Source: Patescibacteria group bacterium (GTDB lineage Bacteria > Patescibacteriota > Patescibacteriia > UBA9934). Taken from it: 64,000 nucleotides of DNA. Shown here in pieces: positions 48,547 to 58,008 of the stretch (positions are counted from its first letter, which is position 1; every line of letters begins with the position of its first letter). The translations under genes were made by a program, and so were the position numbers. The notes below the pieces were generated by a model. The model was not told the DNA's origin. It made no database searches and saw nothing but the letters and a program-made list of their open reading frames with translations. The DNA lies in the NCBI GenBank assembly GCA_041666145.1, contig JBAYHK010000005.1, positions 8,921 through 72,920 on the forward strand. The letters are read 5' to 3'.

Positions 48547-49320
48547 CTACACTTCAGGACTCAAAATAGTTTCCGAAATAACCTTATACCGTAAATGGAT
48601 AAAGGAATCTTTCAGTGTTGTACAAGAGATCAAATGAAGCGCTTTTACATTCGATAATTCATCTGGAGAGTGTATAGCCTTGCCATCAATAAGCGTCGAG
48701 ACTCCAGCCCCGCCTACTGCGAGCGGAGCAACGACGATAGACATTTCATCGATGAGCCCCGAACGCAACAACGTTCCATTCAGCGTGCCACCGGTCTGGA
48801 TAGTCATTCGCTCAATGCCGTGCTCTTGCCCGAGAACCTCAAAAAGCTTTTCAAAGTCCACCTCAGGCCACACAAGTGTTTGCACATTTCCGCCAAAAGC
48901 CCGAGCTGGATGATCAGGATTTGTCGTCACCACAATGACGCGCTCGAGCCAACTGGAAAGATAGCGCAATCCCTTTTCATGAAGATGTGGCTTGTTGTCG
49001 ATAATGACTCCAGTAACAGGAATGTGTTCAGCAATCGGTTCGCGTTCATTCATTCCTATCTTTTCAAAGACCCTTCCGCTTTGCAGAAAACAAGGGTCTG
49101 TCTGCTGCTCAAGATCGTAATACTGACACAAGCCTTCTTTCACGCCTTGAATACGCTTCCAATCTTTATCTGAATCAAGAACATCAGAGTCTCCGCTTGT
49201 AATCTTGCCATCAACGGACATGAGCATGAACAATATTGTATAGGGACGATTAGTCATAATGTCTCTAGTGTGTGAGATCCAAAATATAATTGCAAGCCAA
49301 ACATAGCGTCCCAATACCAC
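48547..49320 (-). CDS. RibD C-terminal-domain / dihydrofolate-reductase-like reductase
   Basis: PYTILFMLMSVDGKIT N-terminal signature and GG(T/A)L...G..DE pattern of the RibD_C/DHFR fold. Confidence 0.7.
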   Translation of the reverse strand: MVLGRYVWLAIIFWISHTRDIMTNRPYTILFMLMSVDGKITSGDSDVLDSDKDWKRIQGVKEGLCQYYDLEQQTDPCFLQSGRVFEKIGMNEREPIAEHIPVTGVIIDNKPHLHEKGLRYLSSWLERVIVVTTNPDHPARAFGGNVQTLVWPEVDFEKLFEVLGQEHGIERMTIQTGGTLNGTLLRSGLIDEMSIVVAPLAVGGAGVSTLIDGKAIHSPDELSNVKALHLISCTTLKDSFIHLRYKVISETILSPEV

Positions 49321-49329
49321 AATAGTCCC

Positions 49330-50970
49330 TTACTCTTGAGCCGTGCCAAAGAAACTCAAGATCTTTTGCGCAGCAGAAGTGTAGGTCGCGCTGTCCATAA
49401 TGGAATGTTCTGTATTGTAATCCAAGAATGTATCAATGAATGATTGCGCCATTGATTCCCCGATGCCGTTATCACCAAAAATCAGGGAAGATAATCGCGT
49501 ATATTCAGCATCGTATTGTGCTTTAAATTTTTCATTCGCAAACAATCGTTCCTTTAACGTATTTGTCTTACCGCTCATCCCTCCCCCACGATTCTCTTTT
49601 ACAACACCGGCATTTGCATCTGCACCATTGAAACCACCTTCGTTCATCCATTCATTTACCACGTTTCCAAGATCGTCTTGAGTATTCGTCTGCATACGGT
49701 TGCCTCCACCTAATCCACCAAGCGCCAAATTCTGATCCCATGAAAGCATGGTGAATTGTTTTGTTTCTTTGTTGTAATACAGATAGTAATTGCTTCCCAT
49801 GCCACTAAATGAATCTTGATTTTGCAACAATGTATCAAGCGCCATCATGCGGATGAGTGAGTCAACATCAATCCATGAATCAAGGTCTTGAGCAAACACT
49901 TCATCTGAAGATTCATCAAGGAATTTTAAGAATTCAATGAGCGGAGCAAGATCATCATCACCAACATTGGTCACCTGCTCATACGAATTGGCATACAACG
50001 TTGGATCATCGCCAAGATAAGAGAATCCAACAAAGTTTCCTGCCTTATACAACACGCCATCAGAAGAACCGAAATACTTTTCAATGTAGGACTCATCGAG
50101 ATTCTCTGTAAGTACGTATAACGAGGGCTCATTATCTGCCATGGTGACAACGCCATACGACGATTCTGGCACAATCTGACCAGCAGCGTCATGAATCGCG
50201 AATGCCACTGGCTCGCTCAACAAGCTAACATCGCTACCAATACGAACAGCGAGTTCTGTCACACCTTCATACGATTGACCGTCAACAAACTCATCGAATT
50301 TTATGAGAAATGGTGGATTGCCGCCTGTTGATGACACCATTCCACCACCCGCTAGCTGACCAACATTTTCTTGACCACCCTGCGCTCCGCCTGGATGCAT
50401 AGACGCGAAAAGCGTCTGCAATGTTGATCGCTTTTCTTCGTCAGAAAGAGTATCCCAATCCTCTGGAAGCGTGATGAATGGAGGAAGTTGGAGATTCTCC
50501 AAATCGATCATGTCGATATTGAAGCCCATTCGTCCCTGTGGTCCTCCCTGCATAACATCAGCAGGGATATCTCCGATTGGTGCAGCACCCATGCCACCAC
50601 CCTGTTCAGATCCACTTCCGCCAAGAGTCTGACGTAACGTAAGATTACCTTTTAATCGCACACCAACATCATCAATCGTTACCCCATCAATGGTGACGCT
50701 AGTACGATAATAATCTTTCTCGCCAGTTTCTTGGTACGTCGTAACCATGGAATCATATTCTTCTGCAGTCAATCCGATGCTCACGTCATGAACCACAGAA
50801 GCATCAAAAAGCGCGACACTATTTTCATAGCCGCTTTTCTCAGCTTCGATAAAACCGCTTTCACCAAAGTGATACGCGATGATGCGAAGTGAACCACATA
50901 CAAGAGCAATGCCAATACTGGCAACGAGCGCAAGAATGATCCAATAATTTCTTTTCCAGACTAAAGACAT
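49330..50970 (-). CDS. CotH-family (atypical kinase-like) secreted protein
   Basis: N-terminal signal/TM. NYYLYYNKETKQFTMLSWDQNLALGG matches the CotH NYYLY...WDxD core. Confidence 0.6.
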   Translation of the reverse strand: MSLVWKRNYWIILALVASIGIALVCGSLRIIAYHFGESGFIEAEKSGYENSVALFDASVVHDVSIGLTAEEYDSMVTTYQETGEKDYYRTSVTIDGVTIDDVGVRLKGNLTLRQTLGGSGSEQGGGMGAAPIGDIPADVMQGGPQGRMGFNIDMIDLENLQLPPFITLPEDWDTLSDEEKRSTLQTLFASMHPGGAQGGQENVGQLAGGGMVSSTGGNPPFLIKFDEFVDGQSYEGVTELAVRIGSDVSLLSEPVAFAIHDAAGQIVPESSYGVVTMADNEPSLYVLTENLDESYIEKYFGSSDGVLYKAGNFVGFSYLGDDPTLYANSYEQVTNVGDDDLAPLIEFLKFLDESSDEVFAQDLDSWIDVDSLIRMMALDTLLQNQDSFSGMGSNYYLYYNKETKQFTMLSWDQNLALGGLGGGNRMQTNTQDDLGNVVNEWMNEGGFNGADANAGVVKENRGGGMSGKTNTLKERLFANEKFKAQYDAEYTRLSSLIFGDNGIGESMAQSFIDTFLDYNTEHSIMDSATYTSAAQKILSFFGTAQE

Positions 50971-50976
50971 AGCGTC

Positions 50977-51678
50977 CTAAAGATCGGTGGTGTTATAACC
51001 AGTCAATAACGAGACGTTCAAATTACCATTGAGTTTCTTGATTGCAGATAGCATCTCTTGTTTCTTTGCGCTCTTTTTCAATGTGACTGAATACACAAGC
51101 TCAGTAAGAAGCCCGGAGCGAATTGAATCAACACTGATTAATTCTGATCGTCCAGTAAATGTTACAAAGATGTCATCAAAAAGCTTCTCAAAATCAACAT
51201 CATTATTTAACTGGATCTTCAAAATCTGACTCGTAATCGGTTGAGCGAACAGATTAAATTTACTCAAAATCAACACAACTAAACTAATAATCACCGTTGA
51301 GAGGATGCCGAGAATGTAGAATTTCGTTCCCATGGCCATACCGATTGCCATGGCAAAAAAGATGAACCCGACATCTCGCGTTTCTTTTACCGCATTTCTA
51401 AAACGAATAATCGAAAGTGCTCCAACCAGAGAAAATGCACGCGCAATATTTGATCCAACAATAAGCATAATCACCGTCACAATCATGCCCATGAGGATCA
51501 GGGTGTGAACATAGCTTTGCGTATATGAAGTGCCCTTATGCGTTTTCTGATACACAAATGCAATAAAACTCGTCAACACAAAACTCAAGACCAACGCAAG
51601 AATAACATCAGTAATCGTGAATGTTCCTGTTAAGTCCTGAATGCCGAGCGATGAGAAAAGTGCGAGAAATTGATCCAT
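50977..51678 (-). CDS. DUF4956-like polytopic membrane protein
   Basis: 233 aa, 5-6 TM. It sits between the CotH and VTC-domain genes, where this membrane protein is typically found. Confidence 0.5.
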   Translation of the reverse strand: MDQFLALFSSLGIQDLTGTFTITDVILALVLSFVLTSFIAFVYQKTHKGTSYTQSYVHTLILMGMIVTVIMLIVGSNIARAFSLVGALSIIRFRNAVKETRDVGFIFFAMAIGMAMGTKFYILGILSTVIISLVVLILSKFNLFAQPITSQILKIQLNNDVDFEKLFDDIFVTFTGRSELISVDSIRSGLLTELVYSVTLKKSAKKQEMLSAIKKLNGNLNVSLLTGYNTTDL

Positions 51679-51687
51679 AGAAAGAGA

Positions 51688-52476
51688 TTAGGTTTCAAGA
51701 TGAAAGAATGAAGAAGGGGTAACGCTTGCACACTCGAGTCCCTGACAGTACTTGCTCACACGAATGAGACGATGGTTATACGCAGCAACCAGCTCAGTAA
51801 TCCAGTACGGAATACGATCATTTGTCTTAATCTCCATAACGACCATGTCTGGAGAAATCATGAATCCTTCCTTTGGATTCTCAGCTAAATCAAGATTCTT
51901 TCGGCTATAAGTGACGTCAGAATCAAATGTTATACGTAATCCAGCGTCATAATCGCTTCCAACATAGGCTTCTCGCGAATATGTTGTAATGATCTGTGGT
52001 TGAAGATTGCCAAGAATAAGCATTGATTCAGCTTCCTCAATCACGGCATGATCACGCGGTTCGTGCTCTGGAACAATGTGACGCTCACAAAAATTAAGCG
52101 CATCCCGGTATCGCATTGGCACACGACGCTTTTGCGTAACCCGATCAAGTCGCTGCTTAATCTCAAGAAAAACAATACTATCGCCAGTTAATGGACCATC
52201 GTCACTATAATGACGAATCCGAAGCTTTCTCCGAAATTTAATACCTTCAATCTTTTCCCAGTAACATCGGAAATCATCTGAATCAAAATACAAACTTTTC
52301 AACGTATATGATCCGATCTTTCCGTGCTCGTCTTTTTCCATGAATGCACAAAGATGCATTTTAAGTGCTTCAGCCTGAGAACGAGAAAGGAGATATTTCA
52401 GCTCAAATCGATTGAATTCACGAAGGGCTTGTATTGGCATAGATAAATACGCGCCCAAGCGTAGCAAACCCCTCAT
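51688..52476 (-). CDS. VTC-domain (polyphosphate-polymerase-like, CYTH fold) protein
   Basis: NRFELKYLLS opening and basic tunnel residues (KFRRKLRIRHY) typical of VTC/CYTH domains. Confidence 0.6.
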   Translation of the reverse strand: MRGLLRLGAYLSMPIQALREFNRFELKYLLSRSQAEALKMHLCAFMEKDEHGKIGSYTLKSLYFDSDDFRCYWEKIEGIKFRRKLRIRHYSDDGPLTGDSIVFLEIKQRLDRVTQKRRVPMRYRDALNFCERHIVPEHEPRDHAVIEEAESMLILGNLQPQIITTYSREAYVGSDYDAGLRITFDSDVTYSRKNLDLAENPKEGFMISPDMVVMEIKTNDRIPYWITELVAAYNHRLIRVSKYCQGLECASVTPSSFFHLET

Positions 52477-52559
52477 GAAGAAAAGATGAAGCGCGCCATA
52501 CTCATTTGAATATGACGCGCTTTCATGAAACTGATCTTCTTTTTTCTTAAGAACTCACG

Positions 52560-53594
52560 CTATGCCCGAGGCAACGTTACCCTTACCGTCGTACCTTTTC
52601 CCGAAGTGCTCTGCATGTTGAGCGATCCTCCAATGGCGTGCAAAATTCCAGAAACAATAGAAAGTCCAAGTCCGCTTCCGCCAGTTTTTCGTGAACGGCT
52701 CTTTTCTGCACGATAGAAACGCTCAGATGCTCGAGGAAGTTCTTCTGGTGTCATACCAATGCCAGTATCTTTTATTTCAAACGTCACGGTTTTCTCATCA
52801 TAGCGTACATCAACATCTACGCTTCCTTTTGGAACATTGTACAAAATCGCGTTATGTAAAAGATTTACAAAAACCCGAGCAACGCTCTCTTGATTTGTCG
52901 CAAGAACATGAAGAGAAATATTTTTTGGAATGTTTGCGGTAAGGACGACATCATGAGCACTAGCAATACCGCGTAACCGCTCAATACTTTGTAAGAGCAC
53001 AGGAAGAACATTAATAGACTCCCGTACTTCAGGTTCAGAAACACGATCAAGCCGTGAAAGTGTCAGCAAATCACCCACCAATCTCGTCATGCGATCAACT
53101 TCTTCAAGTCCGTCATCGATTCGTTGCCTTTCATCTGCTCCACGAGCATCGTGTTTTGCGTTTTCAAATTGTGTCCGAAGAATAGCAAGTGGAGTTCGCA
53201 ATTCATGGGAAGCGTCGCCTAAGAAATCTCGTTGTTTTTCATACGCCCTTTGGATAGGCCGCAATGTTAAGCCAGCGAGCCAATAACTTAAAAAAGCAGA
53301 AATTAAAAGAAGGATTCCATTCACCAACCAGATAATGCCCTGAAGATCAGCACGAACCGTGTCAGACGTTGGAGGTGGAGGTGGTAATGGCTGCGTGACT
53401 GTCTGTGCTTCAAAATCATGGAATCGAACATCGAGCCGACTGGAAAAAAGCGATCGGGTAATCTCACTTGATAAAAAAAGAATTGACGCAGCAAGAGCGA
53501 CGTACAACACGGTTAACGAAAATCTCGAGCGACGAAAATCTCGATTAAGCCAATCGGTAACCTTTGCCCCAAACCGTTTCAAGACGTTTTGCAT
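52560..53594 (-). CDS. Two-component sensor histidine kinase
   Basis: Two TM helices, HAMP-like linker, H-box ASHELRTPLAI, N/G1/G2 boxes (GGSGLGLSIV). The ORF overlaps the upstream RR by ~50 nt, so the start is uncertain. Confidence 0.85.
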   Translation of the reverse strand: MQNVLKRFGAKVTDWLNRDFRRSRFSLTVLYVALAASILFLSSEITRSLFSSRLDVRFHDFEAQTVTQPLPPPPPTSDTVRADLQGIIWLVNGILLLISAFLSYWLAGLTLRPIQRAYEKQRDFLGDASHELRTPLAILRTQFENAKHDARGADERQRIDDGLEEVDRMTRLVGDLLTLSRLDRVSEPEVRESINVLPVLLQSIERLRGIASAHDVVLTANIPKNISLHVLATNQESVARVFVNLLHNAILYNVPKGSVDVDVRYDEKTVTFEIKDTGIGMTPEELPRASERFYRAEKSRSRKTGGSGLGLSIVSGILHAIGGSLNMQSTSGKGTTVRVTLPRA

Positions 53595-54210
53595 AAGATG
53601 GTGGAAGCTTCTTTCGAAGATTTTTCATGTGCACATCAACAACATTACTAAACGAATCAAAGAATCGATCCCAAACCTGTGAAAGAATATCTTCGCGAGT
53701 GACTACAGCACCCTGATTACGCAAAAGATATTCCAATAAACCATATTCACGAAGCGTCAAAACAATGCGGTTGCCGTCTGCAGTCACTTCTTGCGTACGG
53801 GTATCAAGAATAAGACCATCAAGAGCAAGAGTGTCTCCAATAATGACATGAGAAGATCGACGTGCAAGTGCACGCAAACGAGCAACAAACTCTTCAAAAG
53901 AAAATGGCTTTACCATGTAATCATCAGCACCAATGTCCAATCCAGTAATTTTATCTTCCAATGCTCCACGGGCTGTTAAAAAAAGAACCGGCGTTGTTAC
54001 TCCATGATCACGAAGGTTTTTGCACAGCGTCACGCCATCACGCTTTGGCATCATAATATCGGTCACTACAACGTCATATGCATATTCACGAGCAAGACGT
54101 TCACCTTCTTCGCCGTCATATGCAGAATCAACCGCAAAACCGCGGCTTTTAAGGCCAGAAACAATGGCATGATTCAATTTTTCCTCATCTTCAACAATAA
54201 GGATTTTCAT
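53545..54210 (-). CDS. OmpR-family response regulator
   Basis: MKILIVEDEEKL...VVVTDIMMPKRDG receiver and winged-helix C-terminus (YLLRNQGAVVTREDI...VWD). Confidence 0.85.
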   Translation of the reverse strand: MKILIVEDEEKLNHAIVSGLKSRGFAVDSAYDGEEGERLAREYAYDVVVTDIMMPKRDGVTLCKNLRDHGVTTPVLFLTARGALEDKITGLDIGADDYMVKPFSFEEFVARLRALARRSSHVIIGDTLALDGLILDTRTQEVTADGNRIVLTLREYGLLEYLLRNQGAVVTREDILSQVWDRFFDSFSNVVDVHMKNLRKKLPPSYAKRLETVWGKGYRLA

Positions 54211-54364
54211 AGAGAACAATCATAGCTCAACATCCATGAAGAAATCATGAAGATATTTTCGTTTTATCATGTTCGTAATATGCGGAAACGGCGCCCCAGA
54301 TGGAGCGCCGTCGCCAGATTCACAAGAAGAAACCTTACCAAAATTCAGCCATTCTGTCAATGCA

Positions 54365-54387
54365 AAATAGCTAAATTTATAGCTAAT
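54365..54387. promoter_or_regulatory. Direct repeat atagcta-N5-atagcta in the divergent promoter region (candidate response-regulator operator)
   Basis: aaatagctaaatttatagctaat lies between the divergently transcribed RR operon and the 54473 ORF. Confidence 0.25.
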
Positions 54388-54472
54388 ATTATTCAATTTC
54401 TATAAAGAATCTTCAATGATATTGCAGCACACTTTTCGTACTTTTATCTGTTCATTGATATGATCTTTTTCT

Positions 54473-55066
54473 ATGACTGCACTATTCGGATACATTTCTT
54501 TCATTTTGAGCATCCTCAAAACAATTCCCTACGCCAGAGACATCTTTCTTAAAAAAACCAAACCCGAACGTGCATCATGGCTCATATGGACATTACTCGT
54601 TTGGATTGCGTTTTTCTCACAGCTTGCAAAAGGAGCTACTGATTCATTATGGCTAACTGCTGGTGTGGGAATAACAGCATTACTTATTTTCTCACTCTCC
54701 CTAAAATTTGGAGTCGGAGGATTCACTCGACGTGATGTCACCGCATTGGGAATAGCAGGACTAGGACTCGTGTTCTGGTACATCACAAATGAACCGATAT
54801 ATGCGCTTGCAATCGCTATCGCGATCGACGCTATCGGAACCCTTCTCACTGCCATAAAGTCATACGAGCATCCGTTTGAAGAGACCCTCATTGCATGGAT
54901 TACCGCTATAGCTATCGGAATATTTGGCGTTCTTGCCGTAGGATCATTTGAGCCTTTTCTTCTTGCGTATCCTGTGTATATTACCGTCGCAAATGTCACG
55001 ATCGTAACGTGCTTAATAATTGGCCGTCACAGGCAACGAAAACAATCCATTTATACGTCTAACTAA
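54473..55066 (+). CDS. Hypothetical polytopic membrane protein
   Basis: 197 aa, ~6 hydrophobic helices. No family recognised. Confidence 0.4.
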   Translation: MTALFGYISFILSILKTIPYARDIFLKKTKPERASWLIWTLLVWIAFFSQLAKGATDSLWLTAGVGITALLIFSLSLKFGVGGFTRRDVTALGIAGLGLVFWYITNEPIYALAIAIAIDAIGTLLTAIKSYEHPFEETLIAWITAIAIGIFGVLAVGSFEPFLLAYPVYITVANVTIVTCLIIGRHRQRKQSIYTSN

Positions 55067-55067
55067 T

Positions 55068-56183
55068 ATGTTCGCGACATCATTCTTTCGTGCCAGCTAT
55101 GCATACATACTCAAACCAATTCTCTTCTGTTTCGATCCTGAAGACGTTCACGACCTCGCTACTCAAACTGGAATACTTCTCGGTCGCTTCCCAATCACCC
55201 AAGCAATAACTCGTCACCTATTCGATTTTCGTCATCACTCGCTTGAACAAAATGTACTCGGAATTCACTTCTCAAATCCCGTTGGCCTTGCCGCTGGCTT
55301 TGATAAAAACGCTGAACTTATCGACATTATGGGACCGGTGGGATTCGGATTCTCTGAAGTTGGATCGATTACCGGGGAATCATGTACTGGAAATCCAAAG
55401 CCACGTCTTTGGCGACTTCCAAAATCAGAAGGAATCATGGTGTGGTACGGACTAAAAAATAAAGGATCAAAAGAAATATCAAATCGACTACAAAGAAAGT
55501 CGTTTTCAATTCCAATCGGAACTAGCGTGGCAAGAACGAATGACGCAACAACCGTCGAAATCGAAGCTGGCATTGCGGACTACATAAAAGCGTTCAGCGC
55601 AATGGCAACAATCGGAGCCTATACAACCGTCAACATCAGTTGCCCAAATACTTGCGGCGGAGAACCATTTACAACTCCAGAACGTCTCGAGCGACTTCTC
55701 ACGGAACTCGATAAAATCCCAACCGAAAAACCTATTTTTTTAAAGTTCCCTTCTGACATTCCATTTACAAACGCCGATGCTTTAATTGATGTTGCAAAAA
55801 AACATAGAGTAAACGGCTTTGTTATTGCAAACCTTACAAAGGAATACTCAGCGTCAACAATCGACCAATCGGAAATCTCAAATGAAATGAAAGGTGGAAT
55901 AGGCGGAAAGCCAACATTCAGTCTATCGAACGCCCTCATCTCACATGCATATTCCTCAGCGGGAGATCGATTCACCATCATCGGGGTTGGTGGGATATTC
56001 ACCGCAGAAGATGCATATGCAAAGATTCGTGCCGGAGCTTCGCTTGTTCAGCTTGCCACTGGCATGATTTTCCGTGGGCCACAACTTATTGGAGAAATCA
56101 ATAAAGGACTCGTTGAACTTCTTGCCCGCGATGGCTTTACGAATATTGCACAGGCAGTCGGTGCAGACCATCGAAAAGCGTAA
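55068..56183 (+). CDS. pyrD: Dihydroorotate dehydrogenase (quinone), class 2
   Basis: N-terminal membrane-association helix then FDPEDVHDL, GLKNKG, GIGGKP..., IIGVGGI signatures. Start chosen at MFATSFF to match the class-2 N-terminus. Confidence 0.8.
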   Translation: MFATSFFRASYAYILKPILFCFDPEDVHDLATQTGILLGRFPITQAITRHLFDFRHHSLEQNVLGIHFSNPVGLAAGFDKNAELIDIMGPVGFGFSEVGSITGESCTGNPKPRLWRLPKSEGIMVWYGLKNKGSKEISNRLQRKSFSIPIGTSVARTNDATTVEIEAGIADYIKAFSAMATIGAYTTVNISCPNTCGGEPFTTPERLERLLTELDKIPTEKPIFLKFPSDIPFTNADALIDVAKKHRVNGFVIANLTKEYSASTIDQSEISNEMKGGIGGKPTFSLSNALISHAYSSAGDRFTIIGVGGIFTAEDAYAKIRAGASLVQLATGMIFRGPQLIGEINKGLVELLARDGFTNIAQAVGADHRKA

Positions 56184-56256
56184 CTGCAACAATTTTGGCT
56201 GTTATTTGACACTTTTCTCACTTTCCCGTACACTTTTGCCAATATTTTTTTCTCGT

Positions 56257-56412
56257 ATGTCCCAAGAAAATCTCATCAAAATGGAATGCGTTACATGCAA
56301 ATCATTAAACTATCGTTCAAAGAAAAACAAGAAAATCCTAAAAGATCGTCTTGAACTCAAGAAATTCTGCGAACAATGCCACAAGCACACGGTTCACAAA
56401 GAAACGAAGTAG
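56257..56412 (+). CDS. rpmG: 50S ribosomal protein L33
   Basis: MSQENLIKMECVTCKSLNYRSKKNKKILKDRLELKKFCEQCHKHTVHKETK shows the L33 C4 zinc-ribbon pattern. It is embedded in a longer spurious ORF (56074..56412). Confidence 0.85.
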   Translation: MSQENLIKMECVTCKSLNYRSKKNKKILKDRLELKKFCEQCHKHTVHKETK

Positions 56413-56438
56413 CCCAGAGCTACTTCGTTTCTTTTTTT
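56401..56438. terminator. Strong intrinsic terminator (13-bp perfect stem) shared by rpmG and the convergent TPR gene
   Basis: gaaacgaagtagc-ccaga-gctacttcgtttc followed by tttttttc. Confidence 0.8.
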
Positions 56439-56445
56439 CTAGCAA

Positions 56446-57234
56446 TCACGACCGAGCATCTATGAGCATTTTTTCAAATACTACGATTTTCTGATTTTCT
56501 GGATTCACCTTACTGAGATGATCAATAGCCACCTGTGCTTCGTGATACTCCCCCACCGCAATTGCTGACTGAATAAAGAAATCAAGATATTTCGGATTAT
56601 TCGGGCTGATGTCTCGTCCTTTTGAATAATATTCATGAGCAATCTTCTTCTCTCCAAGTTCCTCATGAACCTGACCGAGCGCGATCATTACACTTGCATC
56701 ATTCGGAACCAACTTTGCCAAAAACTCTAATGCTTCTTTCGACTCCGCATATTGCCCCTGAGAAAGATACATGCGACCTAATACTTCATATGCCTCAGCA
56801 TGCCTTGGGTCGTGGCTGACTACCGCGATGAGCTTCTGCTCAGCAAGGTCAAAACGCTCATGCCCAATTGCCGTCTTAGCTTCCTCCACCATCCGATGTA
56901 ACGCTGAGGCATCCATAGTTCCTCCTCCACCACGTTGTCGCTCAACATATCGTCGTTCAAGTGCAGTAAGCCTTCCCGCGATTCTACGAAATGCATCACG
57001 AACTGCATGAAAAATCGGTTGCAATGCAGTCTTCCATACTGTTCGACCCCGTTCTCCAACCTGTCGCATCATTCTTGCTTCAAGCAAAGAATTCTTTCGT
57101 TCACGCGCCTGAGCTTCACGAGAAGACATTGGATTTACAATAGAGAGCTGCGGAGCCTTCTTTATTGCAACTCGAAGCAAATACCCAAAAGAAATACCAA
57201 TTGCTAAAACAAGAATCCAGTCAAAATTTGTCAT
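56446..57234 (-). CDS. TPR-repeat protein with N-terminal membrane anchor
   Basis: TM helix then three or more TPR-like units (AEAYEVLGRMYLSQGQYAESKEALEF...). 4-nt overlap with tpiA. Confidence 0.7.
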   Translation of the reverse strand: MTNFDWILVLAIGISFGYLLRVAIKKAPQLSIVNPMSSREAQARERKNSLLEARMMRQVGERGRTVWKTALQPIFHAVRDAFRRIAGRLTALERRYVERQRGGGGTMDASALHRMVEEAKTAIGHERFDLAEQKLIAVVSHDPRHAEAYEVLGRMYLSQGQYAESKEALEFLAKLVPNDASVMIALGQVHEELGEKKIAHEYYSKGRDISPNNPKYLDFFIQSAIAVGEYHEAQVAIDHLSKVNPENQKIVVFEKMLIDARS

Positions 57235-58004
57235 ACATTTTGTGCAATCATTACATCTCTCGCCGCAAAAATAATTGCTTCAAATTCCTGTATCTTTAAA
57301 CTCGCTCCGCCAACAAGGACTCCATCAATCTCTGGCTCTCGCAAAAACTGATACGCATTTTCTCCACTCACAGAACCTCCATAAAGAATCTGCACATCAA
57401 CATGCATATTTTTCAAAAGCTCTTCAAGCGTTTTGCGAATGATCCCATGCATAGCAACAACGTCGGAAATACGCGCACTCTTTCCACTACCTATTGCCCA
57501 CACCGGTTCATAAGCCACAAGTAATCGCGAAGACCGAGCAAATTCAACGTTACGCAAGGCCATAACAAGCTGCGCGGCCACCGTTGACTCCGCCATTCCA
57601 GATTCTCGATCAGGGACCGACTCTCCAACGCAAAGAACAGGAACAATCGATGTCTGTGCAACAAGTTTCATTTTCGCATTCACGACGTCATCCGTCTCCC
57701 CATTCATTGCTCGACGCTCTGAATGACCAATAATAACAAAAGTACAGCCAACATCATCAAGCTGTGCAACAGAAATATCTCCAGTAAATGCGCCAAAACG
57801 CTCTGTTCCAGTGGTCTGTCCACCAAGTGCAACGCGTGTTCGGACTAGCACTTTTCGAACTTCAGAAAGCGCAGTAAATGAAGGGCACAAAACAATTTCT
57901 GGCAATATTTCATTGCCCATAATGAACCGCAAAACGCCACGCGCCTGGGCAAGCGATTCGCGAATCCCTAAGTGCATTTTCCAATTTGCAATAATAGTTT
58001 TCAT
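57231..58004 (-). CDS. tpiA: Triose-phosphate isomerase
   Basis: IIANWKMH, IGHSERR, YEPVWAIGSG, GGASLK signatures. Confidence 0.9.
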   Translation of the reverse strand: MKTIIANWKMHLGIRESLAQARGVLRFIMGNEILPEIVLCPSFTALSEVRKVLVRTRVALGGQTTGTERFGAFTGDISVAQLDDVGCTFVIIGHSERRAMNGETDDVVNAKMKLVAQTSIVPVLCVGESVPDRESGMAESTVAAQLVMALRNVEFARSSRLLVAYEPVWAIGSGKSARISDVVAMHGIIRKTLEELLKNMHVDVQILYGGSVSGENAYQFLREPEIDGVLVGGASLKIQEFEAIIFAARDVMIAQNV

Positions 58005-58008
58005 AAAC

